From Syntrophaceae bacterium (lineage in GTDB: Bacteria > Desulfobacterota > Syntrophia > Syntrophales > Smithellaceae), in contig JAFGLS010000119.1 in NCBI GenBank assembly GCA_016927935.1, positions 13,291 to 77,290 of the forward strand: a stretch of DNA of 64,000 bases, in the 5' to 3' direction. Position 1 is the first letter of the stretch. Every line of letters begins with the position of its first letter. Positions 1 through 8,836 of the stretch are shown here, piece after piece. The notes under the pieces are model-generated. The model had not been told where the DNA came from. It ran no database searches and saw only the letters and a list, made by a program, of their open reading frames with translations. A program made the translations under genes and the position numbers.

Positions 1-198
1 ACAGCCGCCGACAAGCACGCCGTCCGCCCCCAGTTGAAACGCCCGAAATATAAATGAAGGATTGATGCGGCTGGAGCACATAACGCGAACAACCCTTAAA
101 TTCTGTGGATATTGTAGTCTCGTTGTTCCGGCCAGGTCCGCTCCAGTGTAGGTGCACCAGTTACAGGCAATGCCCAGTATTTTCGGTTGAAATTCCAT
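1..198 (-). CDS. mvhD: MvhD/FlxD-family protein (methyl-viologen-reducing hydrogenase delta subunit-like); first 66 codons only, continues off the window
   Basis: Absent from the ORF track because it is truncated. Minus-strand translation from the ATG at 198..196 reads [66 protein letters not shown], a typical MvhD N-terminus. It lies downstream of hdrA. Confidence 0.8.
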   Translation of the reverse strand, partial: MEFQPKILGIACNWCTYTGADLAGTTRLQYPQNLRVVRVMCSSRINPSFIFRAFQLGADGVLVGGC

Positions 199-242
199 GC
201 AAAAATCCTTTTCTGAAAAATTATCAAAACAAACTTTTATGT

Positions 243-329
243 GTCATTTCGAACGAAGTGAGAAATCTTAAAGATTCCTCTCCGTTTTTAGGACACAGAT
301 TTCTCGTCGCTTCTCTCCTCGAAATGACA
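243..329. repeat. Inverted-repeat element: GTCATTTCGAACGAAGTGAGAAATCT at 243..268, with an imperfect reverse complement at 298..329
   Basis: The arms were read directly. The reverse complement of the right arm is GTCATTTCGAGGAGAGAAGCGACGAGAAATCT. The track ORF 105..332 is just a translation across this element. Confidence 0.75.
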
Positions 330-358
330 TAATCGTTTTTAAATCTCCTTTTAATATG

Positions 359-515
359 CCGTTCAAAAGCTCTCAGATGCGCGGCGTATACTTTTAAATG
401 ACGCCATAAAACGCTCCAGAGGCAAGGCGCGTGAGTATCGCGAAGCGAGGCCTACTTTTTGCGTAGGTCGCAGCGACGCGAACGAAGCGCAACGCAGCAT
501 ATGGACGTTTGATTG
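359..515. repeat. Dispersed MITE/REP-like element, copy 1. The core at 422..499 matches 19645..19721.
   Basis: In my manual alignment of the 78-nt core GCAAGGCGCG.GAGTATCGCGAAG.GAGG.CTACTTTTT(G)CGTAGGTCGCAGCGACGCGAACG.AGCGCAAC.CAGCA I count about 72 of 78 identical positions. Copy 1 carries an extra roughly 40-nt insert (381..421) relative to copy 2. Confidence 0.8.
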
Positions 516-522
516 TGTCATA

Positions 523-2472
523 CTAATACTCCATTAAACCTTCCATCTCGGCCAATACCTGATCATTGGTAAAATGCCGCGCAATAATAGCCGATGACGG
601 ACATACTGACGCACAAAGACCGCAGCCCTTGCACAGAGCCTCGTTTATTTCAGAAACTCCTTTCTGTTCATTAAAAAACGGCGCACCGTAAGGACAGACC
701 CGCACACAGTTCTGGCAGGCACAGCACGAGGCCGGATCAACCATTGCCGTAGTCGCCTCCAGTTCCATCTTACTTTTGACCACAATCGTCAGCGCTTCCG
801 CCGCCGCACCGTTTGCCTGAGCCACGGTATCGGGGATATCTTTCGGACTCTGGCAGGTACCGGCGATAAAAACACCTTCCGACATGGTGGACAAAGGAGC
901 AAGTTTCGGATGACGCTCCATGAAGAAGCCGTTCTTGTCCGTGCTCAAATTAAAAAGCTTGGCGACATCCTTGTAATCGGATCGAGGGATCATCGCCGGT
1001 GACAGCACGACCATATCCACGGGCAATTTGATGAATTTCCCGGTAATTGTGTCTTCCGCTTCAACTATCAGGCGCCCCGGTTCATCGGTGCTTTCAACAA
1101 CACGCGTGCCCTTACCGCGGATGAATTTAACATCCTCTTCAATGATACGATTGTAAAACTCTTCATAACCTTTACCGGCAGCGCGTATATCGATATAAAA
1201 CTGGTAAATATCGGCTGATGTTTTTTCCCCGAACAGATGAGCAAATTTGAGCGAATACATACAGCATACACGGCTGCAATACTCATAATAATTTTTATCG
1301 CGGCTTCCGATACAATGCATAATAGCAATGGCCTGAGGTTCTTTGCCGTCGCGCAGTATTACCTTACCACCGGTGGGACCGGCTGAATTGAACAGCCGTT
1401 CCACTTCCAACGCACTGTAAACGCCCGGATATTTTCCGTAGCCATACTGAACAAGCGGTTTCGTATCCATCAAATCATAGCCTGTGGCCACAATAACCGC
1501 TCCGACTTTTATCGTTGAGAACGTATCCTGCTGTTCAAAATCAATCGCTTTCTTTTCACAGACTTTTTCACAAAGACGGCATTTCCCTTTTAAAAAATAA
1601 GTACAGACATCTCTGTCAATAACCGGTTTTTGCGGAACTGCCTGCGGAAAGGGAATGTAAATGGCTTTTCTTTTCACCAGACCTTCATCCCATTCGGAGA
1701 CACCCTTACCCGGACATTTTTCCAGACAAGCCAGGCAGGCGTTGCACTTATCATGATCCACATAACGCGCTTTTTGTTTGATCGTGACATCGAAGTTGCC
1801 TACAAATCCCTTGACTTCAGTTACTTCACAATAGGTCATCAAAGTGACGTTCTTGTGCTGCAAAACGGCATCCATCTTAGGCGTCAGAATACAGGCAGAG
1901 CAATCCAGCGTGGGAAAGGTCTTGTCAAACTGAGCCATATGACCGCCAATGGTGGAATTTCTTTCGACAAGATAAACTTTCTTGCCCGTGTTGGCCAGTT
2001 CCAGCGCGGCCTGAATTCCGGCAATGCCACCGCCGACCACCATTATATTGGGATTGACGTCAATAACCCGTGAAGTCAGAGGTTCCAGAAGTCTTGCCCG
2101 ATAAACTGCACCGTTTAGAAGAACTTTGGCTTTGGCGGTTCCTTCTTCAATGTCGTGCGTTACCCAGGAAACCTGTTCGCGGATATTCACAATAGTTACA
2201 AGGTATTGATTCAGACCGGCGTTTTCCAGAACTTTGCGAAAAGTCTGCTCGTGCATCAAAGGAGAACAGGCCGCCACAACCACACGATCCAGTTTGTGTT
2301 CCTTGATGTCGTTGGCAATCATTTCCTGACCGGGGGTGGAACACATGAACTTGTAATCCTTCGCCACAACAACATCAGGCAACGTGGAGGCGAACGGAGC
2401 CAGTTTGTGAACGTGAATTGTTTTGGCTATATTCAAACCGCAGTGGCAAATAAAAACACCGACTCTGCTCAT
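523..2472 (-). CDS. hdrA: Heterodisulfide reductase subunit A-like flavoprotein (FAD plus several Fe-S clusters)
   Basis: 649 aa. Features seen: N-terminal VFICHCG Cys motif, dinucleotide-binding GGGIAGIQAALELA, internal CxxCxxC clusters, and a C-terminal 2x[4Fe-4S] ferredoxin motif (CCACQNCVRVCP ... CKGCGLCASVCP). Confidence 0.9.
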   Translation of the reverse strand: MSRVGVFICHCGLNIAKTIHVHKLAPFASTLPDVVVAKDYKFMCSTPGQEMIANDIKEHKLDRVVVAACSPLMHEQTFRKVLENAGLNQYLVTIVNIREQVSWVTHDIEEGTAKAKVLLNGAVYRARLLEPLTSRVIDVNPNIMVVGGGIAGIQAALELANTGKKVYLVERNSTIGGHMAQFDKTFPTLDCSACILTPKMDAVLQHKNVTLMTYCEVTEVKGFVGNFDVTIKQKARYVDHDKCNACLACLEKCPGKGVSEWDEGLVKRKAIYIPFPQAVPQKPVIDRDVCTYFLKGKCRLCEKVCEKKAIDFEQQDTFSTIKVGAVIVATGYDLMDTKPLVQYGYGKYPGVYSALEVERLFNSAGPTGGKVILRDGKEPQAIAIMHCIGSRDKNYYEYCSRVCCMYSLKFAHLFGEKTSADIYQFYIDIRAAGKGYEEFYNRIIEEDVKFIRGKGTRVVESTDEPGRLIVEAEDTITGKFIKLPVDMVVLSPAMIPRSDYKDVAKLFNLSTDKNGFFMERHPKLAPLSTMSEGVFIAGTCQSPKDIPDTVAQANGAAAEALTIVVKSKMELEATTAMVDPASCCACQNCVRVCPYGAPFFNEQKGVSEINEALCKGCGLCASVCPSSAIIARHFTNDQVLAEMEGLMEY

Positions 2473-2508
2473 AGATCCTCTAACCTTTTTTTACTTCAAA
2501 AAATATTT

Positions 2509-3669
2509 TTAACCGGTTTTACATGTAAAGTCCATGTCAGACGCAGGTGAATCATCAATTTTTATATCCAGACTTTCCAGAAAGAGTTCCGTTACATCCT
2601 TTATTTTTATCTTTTCATCTACATTGAGTGTCCGGACGCTGTCTTCAAACATGGTAATGCAGTACGGACACGCAGTTGCCAGAACCGTTGCGCCGGTAGC
2701 CAGTGCCTCTTCAATTCTCAGGTCGCTGAGGCGCTCGCCTTTGAGTTTCTCCATCCATAGTCCGCCGCCGCCGCCGCCACAGCACATACTCTGCTCACGG
2801 CTCCTGCCCATTTCCACGAAATCAATACCCGGAATGGATTTCAGAATATCACGAGGAGCATCGTAAACGCCGCTGTGTCTGCCCAGATAACAGGGATCGT
2901 GATATGTAACTTTGAGACCACCGAAATCTTTTTTGGGAGCCAGCTTTCCTTCTTTCATTAGTCGTACAATCAATTCACTGAAATGCAAAACTTCGTAGTC
3001 TTTACCATATTCCTTTTTAAAAGTAACCAGACAGTGCGGTGATACCGTAATGATTTTTACAACACTTTGAGAGTTCAAATAATCCAGATTTTTATTTTTA
3101 AGCCTTTCAAAAAGTCCCAGATCGCCGACTTTCCTTAAACTCTCACCACAGCAATTGACCTCAAACGAAGGCAGCCCCCAGCTTAAATCTGATTGATTCA
3201 ATACTTCAGCAGTTGCTCTGGCCAATCTAATATTGCGGGGATCATAACAAACAGTACAACAGGTCCAGAACAAATATTCCTTATCCTCTGTGTAAAGAGG
3301 ATATTTTTCTCTAGCCCAGTCATTTCGTTTTTCCGGATCGCCTGACCAGGGATTACCGCGGGCCGACAGGGAACCGACAAAGGCCCGCAGACTTTGCGGC
3401 AGCATGCCTCCTGAGCTGTAAACATTACGTACGGCGGTAACGACGTCTATCAGTTCCACCCCCCGAGGACAGCGATCCACACAGAATTTACAGGTAGAAC
3501 ATCCCCACATAAAATCCTCAATGCCGTCCAAGCCAAGCTGTCCGTAACGCACCAGTTTGCGGATATTGAAATGGGTAATCGGTGTCCAGGGACAGGTGCC
3601 TGTGCAGGTACCGCACTGATAACATTTTTTCAGCGCATCACCGCCGGCATCTATAATAGCCTTGGACAT
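2509..3669 (-). CDS. HdrD-like Fe-S protein: N-terminal 2x[4Fe-4S] ferredoxin domain plus two cysteine-rich CCG domains
   Basis: CYQCGTCTGTCP and CSTCKFCVDRCP motifs, followed by CCG-type motifs (CCG at NCCGESL and CCGGGGG; PCY..., CPYC). The ORF extends to a TTG at 3726 with no RBS, so I prefer the ATG at 3669 (MSKAIIDAGG...). The start remains uncertain. Confidence 0.8.
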   Translation of the reverse strand: MSKAIIDAGGDALKKCYQCGTCTGTCPWTPITHFNIRKLVRYGQLGLDGIEDFMWGCSTCKFCVDRCPRGVELIDVVTAVRNVYSSGGMLPQSLRAFVGSLSARGNPWSGDPEKRNDWAREKYPLYTEDKEYLFWTCCTVCYDPRNIRLARATAEVLNQSDLSWGLPSFEVNCCGESLRKVGDLGLFERLKNKNLDYLNSQSVVKIITVSPHCLVTFKKEYGKDYEVLHFSELIVRLMKEGKLAPKKDFGGLKVTYHDPCYLGRHSGVYDAPRDILKSIPGIDFVEMGRSREQSMCCGGGGGGLWMEKLKGERLSDLRIEEALATGATVLATACPYCITMFEDSVRTLNVDEKIKIKDVTELFLESLDIKIDDSPASDMDFTCKTG

Positions 3670-3807
3670 TTCCAAATATGGCGTAACGGTTTGTGACACG
3701 CAATAACTCCTGTTATTAAAAATCAAATCTTTTTAATGCCTATTTTAAAACTTATTTGCAGATACACAAAAAACTGCAATTTAAAATTTAACTAAGTTCT
3801 TCTTTCT

Positions 3808-5853
3808 TCATGACCTTTTCAGAATCAAAGCCCCTACGGGGCAGACCTCCACAATATGCTCTATACCCTTGTCATTAACCTTGACCAGGGGACGTCCCAA
3901 CGCCGGCTTCACACGTGATGCAAATCCCCGATTAACAAAACCAAGGGCCGAAGTGCCAAAAACCTCCTCAGTCATGCGAACGCATGTCCCACACTGGATA
4001 CACTTATGACTATCATATAAAACGCTGGCATGCGAATCGTCTCTTTCGTAATCTCTGCAACTTCCGGCAAACCTGGCCGGATCCGCTTCAAAAAGTGTTG
4101 CATAGGAACGCAACTTACAATCCTTGACGTCTCCACAATCACATTCCAGGCACCTCTTCGCCTCATACCTGACCGGATCGGCTGTGAAGCCGGTTTCTAC
4201 TTCTTGAAAGTTGGTTATCCTTGTTTCCGCCGCCAGTTCCGGCATCTTGACGCGCTTTTGTTTTTCGCGACCTTCGATAACTTTCTTTGATATCTCCTCA
4301 ATTTTACCCATTGAGTGGTTATATGTAAAAGGTTCGCCGATGACTTCTTGCCCCATCAGATACTGGTCAATGGCAATGGCGGCTCGCTTACCGGAGGCCA
4401 CTGCACGAACCGCGATATCTGCTCCCGTCACACAGTCACCACCGGCAAAAATTTTTTCCTGATTCGTACGCATGGTGCGCTCATCGGCAATAATTCCACC
4501 CCATTTGGCCAGTTCCACATTGGTCATCATTTTAGAATCCACCGACTGTCCGATGGCCGCAATCACATTATCCACTACCCTGACATGCTCACTACCCGGC
4601 TGTGGAACAGGACTTCTTCTACCCGAAGCATCCGGATCTCCCAGTTTCATTCGTATACAAGTTACAGACAGGGAACCGTCGGAGAGTTTTTCAATCTTTG
4701 TCGGAGCAGCCAGTATTTCCAGCTTAACCGATTCCTTTTCCGCCTCATCAACCTCCACTTCCCATGCGGGCATTTCCTTGCGGGTACGGCGATACAGAAT
4801 TATTACTTCCCTAGCACCGAGCCGGATTGATGTCCGGGCTGCATCAACAGCCGTATTTCCCCCACCGACTACCATAACCCGATTACCGATAGGTGTTTTT
4901 TCATTGCGTGATGCTTCGGCAAGAAAGGCAATACCGGAAAGAACCCCCGGCAAGTTTTCTCCTTCCACGCGCGTGCCCTGCGCCTTTTGAGCACCAATGG
5001 CGAGGAATACGGCATCGTAATCCTGTTTTAATTTATCTAGGGTTACATCCTTACCTATAGTCACATTGAACCTGAATTCTGCACCGAGCTTTCCGGCGAT
5101 TTCATATTCGCGATCAATAACATTACGAGGAAGCCGGTAGGCGGGAATACCGAAACGAAGCATACCACCGGGGGCTTCATGGCTGTCATATATCACTGTC
5201 TTGTGTCCCTTGAGCTGCAGGTAATAAGCAGCAGAGAGACCGGCGGGACCAGCTCCGACGATGGCCACCTTTTTCCCTGTAGGTTTCATAGACTCGGGAA
5301 TATATTCATTTCCGCCATCAGAAACTGCGTCCGCCGCATATCTTTTGAGATGACATATAGCGATGGGTTCCTCGACGAGTTGTCTGCGGCATCCATCCTC
5401 ACAGGGACGAGGGCAAACACGTCCCAGAACTCCCGGCAGAGGCATATTTTGCTTGATCAACTCTAAGGCAGCCCGGTCATTCCCTTGAGCCAGATATCTG
5501 ATATATCCCGGAATATCAATACCGGCGGGGCACTCTACTGTGCACGGTCCCAGACAATCGCCGAGATGATCGCTGAGAAGAAGTTCCACACAGGTGCGAC
5601 GGGCCATTTTCGACCGTTCACTCTGAGTTTTTACTACCATCCCCGGGGCAACCGCCGTTGAGCAGGAAGGAACAAGATTAGGTCTTCCTTCTATCTCAAC
5701 CGCGCAAACGAAGCAGGAAGCGAAAGGCTTCAGTTCCTGATTATGACAAAACGTAGGTATGAATATTCCAAGGCCTTGCGCGGCATCAAGGATTGTTGTT
5801 CCAGCATCAACTTCCACCGCCTGTCCGTCGATTGTGAGATTGACTTTTTCCAT
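3808..5853 (-). CDS. Fusion oxidoreductase: NuoG/HndD-like 2Fe-2S domain, GltD-like NAD(P)H/FAD module, then a His-ligated 4Fe-4S domain
   Basis: 681 aa. N-terminus has CHNQ...CFVCAVE (2Fe-2S). The middle is GltD-like (CPAGIDIP, CPRPCE, KVAIVGAGPAGLSAAYYL, VVGGGNTAVDAAR). The C-terminus has HKCIQCGTCVRM (NuoG-type 4Fe-4S). Confidence 0.85.
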   Translation of the reverse strand: MEKVNLTIDGQAVEVDAGTTILDAAQGLGIFIPTFCHNQELKPFASCFVCAVEIEGRPNLVPSCSTAVAPGMVVKTQSERSKMARRTCVELLLSDHLGDCLGPCTVECPAGIDIPGYIRYLAQGNDRAALELIKQNMPLPGVLGRVCPRPCEDGCRRQLVEEPIAICHLKRYAADAVSDGGNEYIPESMKPTGKKVAIVGAGPAGLSAAYYLQLKGHKTVIYDSHEAPGGMLRFGIPAYRLPRNVIDREYEIAGKLGAEFRFNVTIGKDVTLDKLKQDYDAVFLAIGAQKAQGTRVEGENLPGVLSGIAFLAEASRNEKTPIGNRVMVVGGGNTAVDAARTSIRLGAREVIILYRRTRKEMPAWEVEVDEAEKESVKLEILAAPTKIEKLSDGSLSVTCIRMKLGDPDASGRRSPVPQPGSEHVRVVDNVIAAIGQSVDSKMMTNVELAKWGGIIADERTMRTNQEKIFAGGDCVTGADIAVRAVASGKRAAIAIDQYLMGQEVIGEPFTYNHSMGKIEEISKKVIEGREKQKRVKMPELAAETRITNFQEVETGFTADPVRYEAKRCLECDCGDVKDCKLRSYATLFEADPARFAGSCRDYERDDSHASVLYDSHKCIQCGTCVRMTEEVFGTSALGFVNRGFASRVKPALGRPLVKVNDKGIEHIVEVCPVGALILKRS

Positions 5854-5856
5854 GGT

Positions 5857-7653
5857 TTACTTCACCCTTAAGCCTACTTCCACGGCGTTAAACTTGCACA
5901 GATCACGGCAAACACCGCAACGGATACAGGCCTGCTGATCTATAAAATGGATTTTTTTCTTTTCGCCCGTGATACAGTTGACCGGACAGTTCTTCGCGCA
6001 AATCGTGCAACCAGTGCAGGCCTCTGTAATCGTGAACGAACAAAGGGCTCGACAACGTCCCGCCCGGCATTTGTGTTCCCTGATGTGCTCTTCGTATTCC
6101 TCCCGAAAGTAACGTATTGTTGTCAATACCGGGTTGGGCGCGGTCTGTCCCAATCCACACAGACTTGTCGTCTTTACCTGTGTGGCAAGATCTTCAAGCA
6201 GATCGATATCACTTTCCTTACCTTTGCCTGAGCAAATCCGCGTGAGTATCTCCAGCATCCGTTTTGTGCCTATCCGGCAGAATGTGCATTTGCCGCAGGA
6301 TTCCAGCTGGGTAAAATCGAGAAAATATCTGGCGATATCAACCATGCATGTGGTTTCATCCATAACGACCATGCCGCCGGATCCCATTATCGCGCCGGTG
6401 CGGGTTACTTCATCGTAATCAATTTTGGTCGTAAACAGGGAGGCAGGAACACAGCCTCCTGAAGGACCCCCCATCTGCACCGCCTTGACATTACGTTTTG
6501 TTCCAGTGCCGCCACCTATATCGTGGATGATTTCTCCGAGAGTTATCCCCATCGGAACTTCCACTAGGCCGCCTCTTTTGATTTTGCCCGCCAGAGCAAA
6601 GACCTTGGTGCCCTTGGATTTTTCGGTTCCCATGGCGGCAAAAGCTTCATGGCCATGACGAATAATCCAGGGGATGTTCGCCCATGTCTCCACATTATTT
6701 ATGGTTGTCGGCTTGCCGAAAAGACCGGACTGAGCCGGGAAAGGAGGCCTGAGTCGGGGCATACCCCGCCGTCCCTCGATAGACGCCATCAGAGCTGTTT
6801 CCTCGCCGCAGACGAATGCTCCGGCTCCCTCTTTGATATGTATCTGGAATTCAAAATCAAATCCCATTATCTTTTTGCCCAGAAATCCTTTCTCCTCCGC
6901 CTGGGCAATCGCCTTGTATAAACGCTGAATAGCCAGGGGGTACTCTGCACGGCAGTAGATGTAGGCTTCATCGGAACCGATGGCGAACGCACCGATTACC
7001 ATACCCTCTATTACCGCATGCGGATCGCTTTCCAATGTAGTGCGATCCATAAAAGCGCCAGGATCTCCCTCATCCGCGTTGCAAATGATATATTTCTTAT
7101 CTCCCTGCTGCTGTCTGGCAAAGTTCCATTTTACGCCAGTGGGAAACCCCGCTCCCCCGCGTCCTCTCAAACCGGATTTCGTTACGTCATCAATAATCTT
7201 CTGAGGATTATTTTCCTCCAACACCTTTCTCAGCGACTTATATCCGTCAACAGCCAGGTAGTCATCTATATTTTCGGGATTTATAAAACCACAATTGGCC
7301 AGCACGATTCGTTTCTGCTTGCCCATGAGTTGCTTGAATTCTCCTTCATTGAAGCGCGCCGTCCATTCGACTTTTGGTTTTCCTCCCAGAACATGTTCCT
7401 CCATGATTTTTTCCATGCGTTTAGCCGATACATAAACATAAATATGACGCGATCCGTCCGGCTCCACTATCTGCACCTGGGGCTCCGCAAAACACATTCC
7501 CAGGCAACCGGTGATGCTGAGATTGACATCGAGCACTTTCTCCGCTACCGCCTTTTTGCAAAAATCGAAAACTTCCTGTGCACCTGAAGCAATATTGCAG
7601 GTGCTCATTCCCACAATTATTGATTTTTTGTTTTTCGCAATCTCTGATTGCAC
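5857..7653 (-). CDS. NuoF/HndC-like NADH-binding FMN Fe-S subunit with an N-terminal thioredoxin-like domain
   Basis: GLRGRGGAGFPTG (FMN/NADH site), ESCGKCTFCR (N3 cluster) and a C-terminal 2x4Fe-4S. The track ORF runs to 7794 and overlaps nuoE. A GTG at 7653 has GAGGA 9 nt upstream, so I take it as the start. Confidence 0.88.
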   Translation of the reverse strand: MQSEIAKNKKSIIVGMSTCNIASGAQEVFDFCKKAVAEKVLDVNLSITGCLGMCFAEPQVQIVEPDGSRHIYVYVSAKRMEKIMEEHVLGGKPKVEWTARFNEGEFKQLMGKQKRIVLANCGFINPENIDDYLAVDGYKSLRKVLEENNPQKIIDDVTKSGLRGRGGAGFPTGVKWNFARQQQGDKKYIICNADEGDPGAFMDRTTLESDPHAVIEGMVIGAFAIGSDEAYIYCRAEYPLAIQRLYKAIAQAEEKGFLGKKIMGFDFEFQIHIKEGAGAFVCGEETALMASIEGRRGMPRLRPPFPAQSGLFGKPTTINNVETWANIPWIIRHGHEAFAAMGTEKSKGTKVFALAGKIKRGGLVEVPMGITLGEIIHDIGGGTGTKRNVKAVQMGGPSGGCVPASLFTTKIDYDEVTRTGAIMGSGGMVVMDETTCMVDIARYFLDFTQLESCGKCTFCRIGTKRMLEILTRICSGKGKESDIDLLEDLATQVKTTSLCGLGQTAPNPVLTTIRYFREEYEEHIREHKCRAGRCRALCSFTITEACTGCTICAKNCPVNCITGEKKKIHFIDQQACIRCGVCRDLCKFNAVEVGLRVK

Positions 7654-7705
7654 CCTTTTTATCCTCAACCTTGTTAAAACAAGTTTATTTAATGATAATT
7701 GAATC

Positions 7706-8167
7706 TCAACCTTTAATTTCTTTGATAATCTGGACGACTTTTTTCCTGTCCAGGCGACCGTAAGTGGTTGTGTCCACCATAACCACCGGCGCAAGTGAAC
7801 AGCAGCCCACGCACGCCACGGATGTTAAGGCAAATTTCATGTCCGGAGTATTTTCTCCCGTTTTGATTCCCAAACTCTCCTCCAATGCCTCCGTCAGTCC
7901 ATCAGCGCCGCCGACATGACAGGCCGTTCCGTGACATACTTTAATGATTTTTTCTCCAACCGGCGTCAGTCTGAACTGCGCAAAAAAAGTGGCAACGCCA
8001 TAGAGTTGTGTTTCTGTCATTTGAGTGGTTTTGGCTATATGTTCCATAGCTTCCAGCGGGACATAACGGAATTCCTCCTGTATTGCCTGCAAAACGGGAA
8101 TCGCCATATCCGGAGTCCTTCCCTTTTTCGCCACAATATCATCTATCCTCGCGAGATCAATACCCAT
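7706..8167 (-). CDS. NuoE/HndA-like 24 kDa 2Fe-2S subunit
   Basis: 153 aa with CHGTACHVGG ... CVGCCSLAP Cys spacing typical of NuoE. RBS GGAAGGAGG lies upstream. Confidence 0.9.
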   Translation of the reverse strand: MGIDLARIDDIVAKKGRTPDMAIPVLQAIQEEFRYVPLEAMEHIAKTTQMTETQLYGVATFFAQFRLTPVGEKIIKVCHGTACHVGGADGLTEALEESLGIKTGENTPDMKFALTSVACVGCCSLAPVVMVDTTTYGRLDRKKVVQIIKEIKG

Positions 8168-8688
8168 TACGCCTCCTTCCTGGCGTTTTCAGCCATACGA
8201 TATAAGCTTAAAAAATATTGCTCAAAATCATAGCAGAGAAGCCTGTGACGGCTAACATAATTTAATTATCCTGTCAATAAAATAACCCCTTTTTATACAA
8301 TTTTTACCGCTAATTTATTGATATGATGAAATAAAAAAATGACCAGTATTCAGAGAGAAAATTTTTCGGCAATCATTTAAAAAAACAAAGTCCAATATTC
8401 CTTTCTAAAGAAGGATTGATAATTTCTCTCTCAAGGTGTACTAAGAAGAAAAGCTATAATGTAGAGAAAATATTTCAGGATTTCGGAAAATAATAGGTAA
8501 TATAGGGTTTAAAATGAGTGCGGCAAGAAGAAGGATGAAGAAAAGAGAAGAACTTAATCTGGACGATTTTAGAAAAGGCTTTTTTAGCTTTATCTGTCCA
8601 ATTTTCAAGGGAAAAGTAAAGACAAGAGGATTAACAACCCTGATGAATAAAATTTTAAACGCTATCCGAAGATTAGGAGATTAAGAGC

Positions 8689-8760
8689 GTGAAGATTATA
8701 TCCATCATTAATCAAAAGGATGGAATAGGGAAAAGTATCATATCCGTAAATCTATCCTGA
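8689..8760 (+). pseudogene. Remnant of a ParA/MinD-type ATPase gene (23 codons, degenerate P-loop)
   Basis: A GTG preceded by GGAGA gives VKIISIINQKDGIGKSIISVNLS*, compared with the canonical KIIxIxNQKGGVGKTT. A further out-of-frame LLIDNRGG piece lies at about 8812..8835. Confidence 0.45.
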
Positions 8761-8836
8761 CCTGAGTTGAAAAAAGCTGCCCTGTAACTTTCTGAGGAAG
8801 TGTAGTTTTTATTAATTGATAATCGAGGAGGAGTTT

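Noticed and set aside
105-332. Track ORF 105..332 (+), 75 aa
   Set aside because: It is antisense to the mvhD 5' end and then reads through the 243..329 inverted-repeat element (…VISNEVRNL…LVASLLEMT), which is a typical repeat-translation artefact.
8514-8684. A 56-aa basic ORF (MSAARRRMKKREELNLDDFRKG...) upstream of the parA stump
   Set aside because: It has no RBS, is lysine/arginine rich in an AT-rich spacer, and shows no recognisable family. Evidence is insufficient to call a CDS.
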